Below are positions 17,180 through 25,666 of a stretch of DNA of 64,000 nucleotides, in pieces. Each line of letters begins with the position of its first letter. Position 1 is the stretch's first letter. The notes beneath the pieces were generated by a model, which saw only the letters and a program-made list of their open reading frames with translations, was not told the origin of the DNA and made no database searches. The position numbers were made by a program, and so were the translations under genes. Source of the stretch: Solirubrobacterales bacterium (GTDB taxonomy: Bacteria; Actinomycetota; Thermoleophilia; Solirubrobacterales; 70-9); the NCBI GenBank assembly GCA_009691195.1, contig SHVA01000008.1:1785-65784 (forward strand), read 5' to 3'.

Positions 17180-17584
17180 ATGTCACGAGGGAACGTCGAG
17201 ATCGTGCGGGAGTTCCTGGAGGCGCTGTTCGATCGCCGGGACTTCGACGATGCCCTTCGATTCACCGATCCCGATCTCGAGCTGGACTGGACCGAGTCAA
17301 GGGCACCGTACGCCGGCGTGACTCGGGGCGCTCGGGCCGCAAAGGAGATCTGGGAGCTGATCGCGGAGTCGTGGCGTGACGTCAAGGTCGAGCGGGACCT
17401 CACCGATTGTGGGCAGGGCGTCGTGGTCGCGGAGCAGTCGATACTCGGGCAGGGACGAAGCAGCGGCGTCGAGGTCCGGGCCACCGGCGCCACGATCTGG
17501 AAGCTCCGCGACGGCAAGATCGTCAGCGGCAAGCTCTTTCAGAGCAAGGCGGAAGCGATCGAAGCCGTCGGAAAGCCGGAGTGA
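17180..17584 (+). CDS. SnoaL-like / NTF2-fold protein
   Basis: 134 aa: NVEIVREFLEALFDRRDFDDALRF...IWKLRDGKIVSGKLF. The ATG directly abuts the stop of the MBL gene. Confidence 0.7.
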   Translation: MSRGNVEIVREFLEALFDRRDFDDALRFTDPDLELDWTESRAPYAGVTRGARAAKEIWELIAESWRDVKVERDLTDCGQGVVVAEQSILGQGRSSGVEVRATGATIWKLRDGKIVSGKLFQSKAEAIEAVGKPE

Positions 17585-17610
17585 GCCGGACCGACCGGAG
17601 GCCCTAGGGC

Positions 17611-18405
17611 TCAGCGGCGCGCTTCGGCCGCGTCGGGCGCGGGTGAGCCCGGCGGCAGGCCCTCGCGAAGCGCGCGCAGGACCCCGCGGCGCCCGTTCTC
17701 CTCGAGGGCGACGTACATGGCGCGGACGCGGTCGAAGACCTGGTTGGCGACCTCCTGCTGCTCCTCCCGGCTGGGTTCCTCCTTGGCCGGAAAGGCCAGC
17801 GGCTCGCCGTACTGGATCGTGACCTTCGGGAACTGCATCCGCTTCCAGCCGCGGACGTGGGCGGAGCCGTGGATGGCGACCGGGACGACCGGCGCGCCGG
17901 ACTCGAGCGCGAGCTTGCCGACGCCGCGCTTGGGCTCCCCCAGGGCGCCGGTACGCGAGCGCCCTCCCTCGGCGTACATGAGCACCGCGCCTCCGCGTTC
18001 GAGCACGGTGTGGGCCGTCTTGAAGGCCTCGTCGTCGCGGAAGCCCCTGCGGATGGGAAAGACCCCGCCGTGCTTGAGGACGTACTTGATCGCCGGGTTG
18101 GTGAAGAGCTGGGACTTGGCCATGAACTGCACCTTCCGCCGCATGAAAACGGCGGCGAAGAAGTGGTCCATCTGGCTGAAGTGGTTGGGGGTGACGATCA
18201 CGGGGCCGGTGGGCGGCACGTTCTCGACGCCGATCGCCCGAGCCCGGTAGGCGCCGACGGTGGGTGGCGTCAGCACCAGCCTGACGCCGTCGTAGATCCA
18301 GCCGATGCCGTTGCGGGCCGCCTGATGGTACTGGTCGAAGTAGGCAGGGTCCCGGGGGTCCTTGTAGACCTGCGGCTTCAAGTCCTTTGGGTTCACTTCT
18401 GCCAT
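17611..18405 (-). CDS. 1-acyl-sn-glycerol-3-phosphate (lysophospholipid) acyltransferase
   Basis: Acyltransferase motifs NHFSQMDH, FPIRRG and YAEGGRSRTG. Confidence 0.85.
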   Translation of the reverse strand: MAEVNPKDLKPQVYKDPRDPAYFDQYHQAARNGIGWIYDGVRLVLTPPTVGAYRARAIGVENVPPTGPVIVTPNHFSQMDHFFAAVFMRRKVQFMAKSQLFTNPAIKYVLKHGGVFPIRRGFRDDEAFKTAHTVLERGGAVLMYAEGGRSRTGALGEPKRGVGKLALESGAPVVPVAIHGSAHVRGWKRMQFPKVTIQYGEPLAFPAKEEPSREEQQEVANQVFDRVRAMYVALEENGRRGVLRALREGLPPGSPAPDAAEARR

Positions 18406-18487
18406 TTGTTCAGGCGCGAGCCGGCCCTCGCAGGCGCGCGTGATGTCTTCTACCCCTCATACGCGGGCGGTTACGGCCCGGTTCAGC

Positions 18488-19948
18488 CTACTTCTCGCCC
18501 GATTCCCGTGCCCAGCCCCGCGAGCGCTCCAGCGCCGCTCGCCAGCGCCCCAGCAGGCGCTCTCGCTCGGCCTCGGGCATCGCCGGCTCGTAGCTCGCGC
18601 GCCTGCGCCACATCTGCCGAACTCCCTCGACGTCCCAGAGGCCGGTGGCGATCCCGGCGAGGTAGGCGGCGCCGAGTGCCGTCGTCTCGGCCACCTCGGG
18701 GACGACCACCGGCGCCCCGAGCACATCGGCCTGGAACTGCATCAGCCAGCCGTTGGCGACCGCGCCCCCGTCGGCCTTGAGAAGCTCGAGCCTCTTGCCC
18801 GCGGCCGCCTCCTGCGCGCGAACGGCATCGACGGTCTGGTAGGCGATGGCCTCCAGCGCCGCCCGCGCGAGGTGCGCCCGGCCGGTCCCGCGGGTGAGCC
18901 CCACGATGGTCCCCCGGGCGTAGGGGTCCCAGTGGGGGGAGCCGAGGCCCGTCAGGGCCGGCACGAAGTAGACGTCGTCGTTGGAGTGCAGCGACGCGGC
19001 GAGCTCGGAGGTCTCGGCGGCGTCGGCGATGATCCCGAGCCCGTCGCGCAGCCACTGGACCGCGGCGCCGGTGACGAAGACGGCGGCCTCCAGCGCGTAG
19101 GTGACCTCGCCCCCCAGGCCCCAGGCAACGGTGGTCAGCAGGCCCTCGCCCGGCTCCGGGGCGTCGGCGCCGGTGTTGAGCAGCACGAAGCTGCCCGTCC
19201 CGTAGGTGTTCTTGGCCTCTCCCGGGCGCTGGCAGGCCTGACCGAAGAGCGCCGCCTGCTGGTCACCGGCGATGCCGGCCACCGGCACCTCTCCCCCGAA
19301 CTCAGTGGTCGTTCCGTAAACCTCGGCCGACGGCACCGGCTCGGGAAGGCGCTCCGGGTCCACGCCCAACAGCCCGCAGAGGTCGGGATCCCAGCGAAGC
19401 CCGTGGATGTCGAACAGCATCGTGCGCGAGGCGTTCGAGTAGTCGGTCAGGTGGCGCCCGGTGAGCTTGAAGGCCAGCCAGGAGTCGATCGTGCCGAAGA
19501 CCGCGCCCTCGACCTCGGCGTTGCGCAACAGCCACTCGATCTTGGTGCCGGAGAAGTAGGGGTCGATCACGAGCCCGGTTCGCTCCCGCACCAGCTCCTC
19601 GTGGCCGGCCTCCCGCAGCTCGTCGCAGCGCTCGGCGGTCCGGCGGTCCTGCCAGACCAGCGCCCGGTGCATGGGCTCACCCGTCGCGGGGTCCCAGGCG
19701 ACCACCGTCTCGCGCTGGTTGGCGATGCCGATTCCCTTCAGGTCGCGGCCGGCGATCCCGGCCGCGTCCAGGGCCTCGCCGGCGACCCGCCTGGTCAGCT
19801 CCCAGATCTCGGCCGCGTCGTGCTCGACCCAGCCGGGGCGGGGGAAGTGCTGCTCGAACTCGCTGTAGCCGCGCCCGGCCTCGCGGCCCTCGGCATCGAA
19901 GACGATGCAGGTGGTGCCGGTCGTCCCCTGGTCGATAGCGAGGATCAC
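18488..19948 (-). CDS. glpK: glycerol kinase
   Basis: MILAIDQGTTGTTCIVFD...VAWDPATGEP...FGTIDSWL...GDQQAALFGQ. 486 aa. Confidence 0.93.
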   Translation of the reverse strand: MILAIDQGTTGTTCIVFDAEGREAGRGYSEFEQHFPRPGWVEHDAAEIWELTRRVAGEALDAAGIAGRDLKGIGIANQRETVVAWDPATGEPMHRALVWQDRRTAERCDELREAGHEELVRERTGLVIDPYFSGTKIEWLLRNAEVEGAVFGTIDSWLAFKLTGRHLTDYSNASRTMLFDIHGLRWDPDLCGLLGVDPERLPEPVPSAEVYGTTTEFGGEVPVAGIAGDQQAALFGQACQRPGEAKNTYGTGSFVLLNTGADAPEPGEGLLTTVAWGLGGEVTYALEAAVFVTGAAVQWLRDGLGIIADAAETSELAASLHSNDDVYFVPALTGLGSPHWDPYARGTIVGLTRGTGRAHLARAALEAIAYQTVDAVRAQEAAAGKRLELLKADGGAVANGWLMQFQADVLGAPVVVPEVAETTALGAAYLAGIATGLWDVEGVRQMWRRRASYEPAMPEAERERLLGRWRAALERSRGWARESGEK

Positions 19949-20016
19949 GGGGCGGAAGCTATCGGCCGCGCCGGGACGTCGGCGTGCCGCTGCACGGGGG
20001 GATATTGTTCCGCCCC

Positions 20017-20229
20017 GTGCCCGACATCGAAGCTCACATCACGGGGACCGTCTGGAAGATCGAGGTCAAGGTCGGCGATGACGTCGCCGAGGGCGACACG
20101 GTCGTCATCCTCGAGTCGATGAAGATGGAGATGCCGGTCGAGGCCGAGGACGACGGCAAGGTCGCCGAGATCAAGTGCGAGGAGGGCCAGTCCGTCTCCG
20201 AGGGCGACGTCCTCGTCGTCCTCGAGTAG
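20017..20229 (+). CDS. free-standing biotinyl/lipoyl carrier domain protein (BCCP-like)
   Basis: PDIEAHITGTVWKIEVKVGDDVAEGDTVVILESMKMEMPVEAEDDGKVAEI, with an E-S-M-K-M biotinylation motif. Start is GTG 20017, or GTG 19984 as in the track. Confidence 0.8.
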   Translation: MPDIEAHITGTVWKIEVKVGDDVAEGDTVVILESMKMEMPVEAEDDGKVAEIKCEEGQSVSEGDVLVVLE

Positions 20230-20231
20230 GG

Positions 20232-21023
20232 ATGCCGGACAAGCTCGTCCTCGACTACCCGGCCGAGGCCGTCGCACGCCTGACCCTCAACCGGCCGGAG
20301 TCGCGCAACGCGCTCGACCACGAGACGCTCAACGTCCTCGCGGAGGCGATGCCATCCCTCGATCGCGGGATCGAGGTCCGCTGCGTGGTCCTGACCGGAG
20401 CCGGCAAGGCGTTCTCGGCCGGCTACGACATCGCCGGGATCCCGGACGAGAGCTTTGAGCGCGACGCCGAATCGCTGGTCGCACACCCCTTCGCCGCCGC
20501 GCTCGAAGCCGTCGCCGACCACCCCTGGCCGGTGCTGGCGGCGATCAACGGCCACGCGCTCGGCGGCGGGCTCGAGCTGGCGCTGAGCTGCGACCTCCGC
20601 GTCTGCGCCGCCGGCGCCAAGCTGGGGATGCCGCCGGCCAAGCTCGGCCTGATCTATGGCCACACGGGCCTGCAGCGATTCATCGACACGATCGGCGTCC
20701 CGCGCACCAAGGAGCTCTTCCTCACCGGCCGCAACGTGGACGCCGCCCGGGCCGAGGCGATCGGCCTGGTGAACGAGACGGTGGACGACGCCGAGGTCGA
20801 GTCCCATTCCATCGAGCTGGCGACCGAGATCGCCGCCAACGCGCCCCTCTCAATGAAGGGGAACAAGCTGGCGATCGACACGCTCAATTCCTTCAAGCGC
20901 CTGACGCCAGAGCAGGAGCGGGAGCTGATCGAGCTGCGCGAGTTCTGCTTCGCCTCCGAGGACTTCCGCGAGGGCATCCGCGCCTTCAGCGAGAAGCGCA
21001 GGCCCGACTGGAAGGGCCGCTAG
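20232..21023 (+). CDS. crotonase-fold protein (enoyl-CoA hydratase / acyl-CoA decarboxylase-like)
   Basis: MPDKLVLDYPAEAVARLTLNRPESRNAL...GAGKAFSAGYDI...INGHALGGGLELALSCDL...SEDFREGIRAFSEKRRPDW. The ATG is 2 nt after the BCCP stop. Confidence 0.85.
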   Translation: MPDKLVLDYPAEAVARLTLNRPESRNALDHETLNVLAEAMPSLDRGIEVRCVVLTGAGKAFSAGYDIAGIPDESFERDAESLVAHPFAAALEAVADHPWPVLAAINGHALGGGLELALSCDLRVCAAGAKLGMPPAKLGLIYGHTGLQRFIDTIGVPRTKELFLTGRNVDAARAEAIGLVNETVDDAEVESHSIELATEIAANAPLSMKGNKLAIDTLNSFKRLTPEQERELIELREFCFASEDFREGIRAFSEKRRPDWKGR

Positions 21024-21027
21024 GCCC

Positions 21028-23238
21028 TCAGTCCGGCTTCGCGGCTGACTCGACGACCGGGTGCTCGCCGGTGTCCTCGCCGAGGGCGCTACCGCCGCCG
21101 GCGGCCGTCGAGGGCCACCAGATCTTGTCCCCGAGGAGCTCCACGGCGGCGGGGACCATGATCGTCCTCACGATGAACGTGTCCAGGAGGATGCCGAGCG
21201 CAACCATGAAACCGAGGTCGAAGGTGAAGGTGACCGGCAGGGTCATCAGCACCGAGAAGGTGCCGGCGAGGATGATCCCGGCGCTGGTGATGACGGGGCC
21301 GGTGGCCGCCAGGGCCCGCAGCATCCCCTCGCGGGTGCCGTGCTGACGGGCCTCCTCGCGGACCCGGGCCATCAGGAAGATCGTGTAGTCGATCCCAAGC
21401 GCGACGAGGAAGATGAACGCGAAGGTGGGGATCGACGCGTCGATCCCGGCGTCGCCGACGACGAAGCGGATGAAAAGGAATGAGAGGCCGAGCGTGCAGA
21501 GGAAGGACAGGACCACGCTGGCGATCAGGACCAGCGGCGCGATCAGCGCCCGCAGCAGGATCGCGAGGATGATCGCGATCAGCAGCAGCGCCAGCGGGGC
21601 GATCAGCTCGAGGTCGCTCTTGGTGGCCTTGTTGAAGTCGTAGTTGATCGCGGTCGTGCCGCCGACCAGGCCGGTCACCCCGGGCGCGACCTCACTGACG
21701 GAGTCGCGCAGCTCGGGGACGATCTCGAGCGACGAGGACTTCAGCGGGTCGTCCTCCAGCACGAGGTTTATCGAGGCCGTCGAGCCGTCCTCGGAGACCT
21801 GGCCGTTGGGGAAGGCGCGGGCGACCCCGTTGACCCCCCCGAGCTCGGCCACGGCCCTGGTGACGTCGGCGCGTGAGACCTGACCGTTCTCGTCGGTGAC
21901 GAGCACGGTCATCGGGGCGAGGGTGCCCTGCGGGAAGGCGGTGCCGAGCACCTTGAAGCCGTCCACGCTCTCGGTCTGCTTCTTGAAGAAGGTGGTGGTG
22001 CTGTAGTCGACCTTGTAGGCCAGGATCCCGAGGCTGCCCGCTAGGAAGAGGGCGACGGTGACGATCAGGGCCGGCAGCGGCCGCGCCAGGACCCGGTCGC
22101 CGATCCGGCGCCAGAGTCCCTGGCGGGGGACAGCCGCGCCCTCGGGATCGCAGGCGACGGTCCGGCGGCGGGGCCAGAAGCCCGCCCGGCCGAAGATCGT
22201 CAGCAACGCGGGGAGAAGGGTGAGGCCTGCCGTCATCGCGCTGAAGACTCCGATCGCGGCCACCGGGCCGAGCGAGTTGGTGTTGCCGGCGTCCGCGAGC
22301 CTCAGCACCAGCATCGCGAGGGTGACGGTGAGGCCGCTCGCCAGGATCGCCGGGCCCGAGCGGGAGATCGCGTGGGCCATCGCCTCGTGCTTGTCATCGA
22401 GGCGCCGCAGCTCCTCCCTGTATCTCGAGACGAGTAACAGGCAGTAGTCGGTCCCCACCCCGAACATCAGCACGATCAGGATGCTGGTGCTGTTCGATGA
22501 GACCGTCTCGCCCGACTTGGCCAGCAGGTAGATGAACCCCTGGGTGACCGTGTAGGCGAAGAAGACGACTATCAGCGGGGTCACGGCGACGAGCACTGAG
22601 CGGTAGATCACTCCCAGCAGCACCAGCACCAGGATCACCGTGGCGAACAGAAGCTTGGTGTCGATCGAGCCGAAGACCTCCTCGGCGTCGGCGCTGAAGC
22701 CGATGTCGCCGGTGACGTAGACGTCGAGGCCCTCGTCGGTCCGCTCGTCGGTGATGTCGCGGACGTTCGTGCCCCAATCACCGGCGTGCTCGAAGTCGGT
22801 GGGGACGGTCAGCACCGTGTAGGCGACCGAGCCATCCTCGGAGACCAGCTCTGAGGGCGAGCCCGGCGCAAAGGGAACGGCCGGCCTCTGGGTCAGCGGG
22901 ATCTCGTCCTTGCCCGCCGCCTCGATGGCGGCGGCGTTCGCGGCGATCTCGCGCTTGTCGGCGGCGGTGAGCCCGCCGTCGCGCTCGTAGACGATCAGCC
23001 CCTGGGTCGTCTCCCCCGCCTTGAAATCATCGTTGAGGCGCCGCACGACCTCGGTCGACTCGGCGCTCGGCGGCAGGAAGGACTCGGTGTCGTCGGTGGT
23101 CTCGTGGGCGAGCTTGGCGCCCACGGGCATCATCACCACGAAGGCGATCAGCCAGAGGGCGAGCATCGCCCACTTGGTGCGGCGGCCGGCGACGAGTAAG
23201 GCGAGCGTTTTCACGAGTCCGCCAGGGTAGCCACCCAC
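21028..23238 (-). CDS. MMPL family membrane transporter
   Basis: 736 aa with GVGTDYCLLLVSRYREEL and ALGIDYTIFLMARVREE. Closest paralog of 8654-10765. Confidence 0.88.
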   Translation of the reverse strand: MGGYPGGLVKTLALLVAGRRTKWAMLALWLIAFVVMMPVGAKLAHETTDDTESFLPPSAESTEVVRRLNDDFKAGETTQGLIVYERDGGLTAADKREIAANAAAIEAAGKDEIPLTQRPAVPFAPGSPSELVSEDGSVAYTVLTVPTDFEHAGDWGTNVRDITDERTDEGLDVYVTGDIGFSADAEEVFGSIDTKLLFATVILVLVLLGVIYRSVLVAVTPLIVVFFAYTVTQGFIYLLAKSGETVSSNSTSILIVLMFGVGTDYCLLLVSRYREELRRLDDKHEAMAHAISRSGPAILASGLTVTLAMLVLRLADAGNTNSLGPVAAIGVFSAMTAGLTLLPALLTIFGRAGFWPRRRTVACDPEGAAVPRQGLWRRIGDRVLARPLPALIVTVALFLAGSLGILAYKVDYSTTTFFKKQTESVDGFKVLGTAFPQGTLAPMTVLVTDENGQVSRADVTRAVAELGGVNGVARAFPNGQVSEDGSTASINLVLEDDPLKSSSLEIVPELRDSVSEVAPGVTGLVGGTTAINYDFNKATKSDLELIAPLALLLIAIILAILLRALIAPLVLIASVVLSFLCTLGLSFLFIRFVVGDAGIDASIPTFAFIFLVALGIDYTIFLMARVREEARQHGTREGMLRALAATGPVITSAGIILAGTFSVLMTLPVTFTFDLGFMVALGILLDTFIVRTIMVPAAVELLGDKIWWPSTAAGGGSALGEDTGEHPVVESAAKPD

Positions 23239-23278
23239 CCGGGCCGTAGTGTGCGGTCATCATGTACGGGGCGGGCGC

Positions 23279-24406
23279 TCAGCGTAGGCCGCGGCGGAGC
23301 TCGATCACGCGGTCCACCGATGCCTCGAAGTGGCCGCGGTCCAGCTCGTGGGCAGCGAGCTTGCGCCGCAGCGCCTCGGCGACCCTGACGGCGGTGCCGC
23401 AGCCGCGCGAGTAGAGCAGCAGGTCGGCTCCGGACTTCACGGCCAGGACGCCCGTCGCCACCGGCCCGGCGACCGAAAGGGCAGCCGGGGTCTCTAGGGC
23501 GTCGGTGACGGTCACTCCCCTGAAGCCGAGCCGGCCCCTGAGCTCGCCCGTCGCGATCGCCTTGGTCAGTACCGCGGGCCGCTTGCCGCTGCCGAACGCC
23601 GGATAGCCGGCGGAGTCGAGCATCACCAGCCCGCCTCCCGCGTCGCCGAAGGCGCGAAAGGGAACCTCGTCAACGCCGCGGATGGTCTTCTTGGAGAGGC
23701 GGATCGCAGTCGCCCGCAGGTCGGTGTTCCCGGTCGCCGCGCCGAGGCCGGGGAAGTGCTTGGCGGTCGCCGCGACGCCGTGGTTCTGGAGGCCCCTGGC
23801 GAAGGCGACGCCCACGTCGGCCACCCGTCTGGGCTTGCCCGAGAACGAGCGGTCCTGCGCCCGGATGAAGCCCCCGGGCCGCCCCACGTCGAGGACGGGG
23901 GCCAGGTCGACGTTGACTCCGACGCCCGTCAGGCTCTTGGCGGTCGCGGTGCCCTGGCTCTTGGCGAGGGCCGCGCCCATCGTCCCCATCTGCGCCGCGG
24001 AGTAAGCCGGCGGGCCGGAGAACCGCTTGACCAGGCCGCCCTCCTGGTCGGTCATCACCAGAACGGGCGGATGTAGGCCGGGGGGCCGCTTGACGGCCTG
24101 GAGGGAGCGCGCAAGCCGCCGCACCTGGGAGCGGCTGCTGACGTTCTGCGAGAAGAGGATCACCCCGGCCAGCTCGCCGCGGCTGATCATCTTCTTCAGT
24201 CCGGCGGGGGCGCTGGTGCCGTCGAACGCGCAGACCAGGCGCTGACCCGCGAGCTGGCGGTTGGTGAGCGCGGCCGCCGAGATCGTCGTTTCGGCATCGG
24301 GGCGCGTGAAGGCACCGCCGCTGGCAGCGAGGCCCAGGCCGGCCACGACCGCCAGCGCCGGTGCCAGGACAGCCGTGGCCGCGCTCCGTGTCCCGCCGGG
24401 CGTCAT
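23279..24406 (-). CDS. secreted glycoside hydrolase family 3 N-terminal domain protein (beta-N-acetylhexosaminidase-like)
   Basis: Signal peptide, then VMTDQEGGLVKRF, GVNVDLAPVLDV and KHFPGLG motifs. The start is ATG 24406 or TTG 24415. Confidence 0.8.
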   Translation of the reverse strand: MTPGGTRSAATAVLAPALAVVAGLGLAASGGAFTRPDAETTISAAALTNRQLAGQRLVCAFDGTSAPAGLKKMISRGELAGVILFSQNVSSRSQVRRLARSLQAVKRPPGLHPPVLVMTDQEGGLVKRFSGPPAYSAAQMGTMGAALAKSQGTATAKSLTGVGVNVDLAPVLDVGRPGGFIRAQDRSFSGKPRRVADVGVAFARGLQNHGVAATAKHFPGLGAATGNTDLRATAIRLSKKTIRGVDEVPFRAFGDAGGGLVMLDSAGYPAFGSGKRPAVLTKAIATGELRGRLGFRGVTVTDALETPAALSVAGPVATGVLAVKSGADLLLYSRGCGTAVRVAEALRRKLAAHELDRGHFEASVDRVIELRRGLR

Positions 24407-24496
24407 CACCGCCAATGATGACCGGCTGCGGCGGGCGGCGCGGCGGCGTCCGGGGGCGTTCGTAGCCTGGGATCAATTCGCGAGCGAAACGGAGGG

Positions 24497-25660
24497 TTGA
24501 TGGCGTCGCTGATCAGTTTCGAGGAGGCGCGCGAGCTCGGAGCGCTCGAGGACCACGACCGGATCTCCGACCTCGTGGAGCGCGCCTGGACCGTGCGCCA
24601 GGAACGCTTCGGCGACTCCACCGACATGTGCTCCCTCGTCAACGCCAAGTCGGGTGGATGCGCGGAGGACTGCGGCTTCTGCGCCCAGTCGCGCTACGCC
24701 GAGGCGGACACGCCGATGCACGCGATGATGGAGCCAGAGCAGATCCTGGAGCACGCCAAGGCGGCCGAGGCCGCCGGCGCCCACCGCTTCTGCATGGTCA
24801 CCCAGGGCCAGGGCCTCTCCAAGCGCGACTTCAGCAAGATCCTCGAGGGCGCGGAGCTGGTGGCCGAGCACACCAACCTCAAGCGCTGTGCCTCGGTCGG
24901 CCACATGTCGGTCGACCGGGCCAAGCAGCTCAAGCAGGCCGGGATCCAGCGCGTCCACCACAACGTCGAGACGGCGCGCTCCTACTACGACGAGGTCAGC
25001 ACCACGGTCCGCTACGAGGGCCGCACCCGGACCATCGACGCGGTCAAGGAGGCGGGGCTCGAAACCTGCGTCGGCGGGATCCTCAACCTGGGCGAGTCGC
25101 CCCGGCAGAGGGTGGAGATGGCCTTCGAGCTGGCCGACGTCGACCCCGACTCGGTCCCGATCAACCTGCTCAACCCGCGAACCGGTACCAAGTTCGGCGA
25201 CCGCGAGCTGATGGACCCCTGGGAGGTGATCAAGTGGGTCGCGATCTTCCGGCTGATCCTCCCCGACGCGCTCTTCCGCCTCTGCGGGGGCAGGGTCGAG
25301 AACCTCGGTGAGCTGCAGCCGCTCGCCGTGCGGGCGGGCCTCAACGGGGTGATGATGGGCAACTTCCTCACCACGCTCGGCGTCGAGCCCGAGGAGGACC
25401 GGCGCAGCTTCGAGGAGCAGGGCCTCAACGTGGCCCGCCAGCCAGACAACGGCGCCAACCCCAGGCCCGACAACCGCTCCGGCTGGCTCGAGGGGGAGAC
25501 GCCGGCGACGCCGATCGACGAGCTGATCGACAACCAGGCCGAGGCCAACTTCTGGGATCCCTCGACCCAGCTCAAGGTGATCAAGAAGAAGGGCCGGGTC
25601 CCCGACTACCCCGACCGCCCCTCCGATCGGGAGGCACAGCCCGCGGGCTGGGGCGACTAG
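24497..25660 (+). CDS. bioB: biotin synthase with extended C-terminal tail
   Basis: Radical-SAM CAEDCGFCAQS motif, then HNVETA and GGILNLGE. About 75 aa follow the conserved ...EEQGLNV end. Confidence 0.92.
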   Translation: MMASLISFEEARELGALEDHDRISDLVERAWTVRQERFGDSTDMCSLVNAKSGGCAEDCGFCAQSRYAEADTPMHAMMEPEQILEHAKAAEAAGAHRFCMVTQGQGLSKRDFSKILEGAELVAEHTNLKRCASVGHMSVDRAKQLKQAGIQRVHHNVETARSYYDEVSTTVRYEGRTRTIDAVKEAGLETCVGGILNLGESPRQRVEMAFELADVDPDSVPINLLNPRTGTKFGDRELMDPWEVIKWVAIFRLILPDALFRLCGGRVENLGELQPLAVRAGLNGVMMGNFLTTLGVEPEEDRRSFEEQGLNVARQPDNGANPRPDNRSGWLEGETPATPIDELIDNQAEANFWDPSTQLKVIKKKGRVPDYPDRPSDREAQPAGWGD

Positions 25661-25666
25661 CGCCCA

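Noticed and set aside
8568-20231. Recurrent AGTAGG/AGTAGA strings at gene junctions (for example 8572, 10765-10797, 17175, 20225) as further copies of the palindromic operator
   Set aside because: They lack the second half-site at 9-nt spacing. They are explained by a TAG stop codon followed by a GGA-type RBS.
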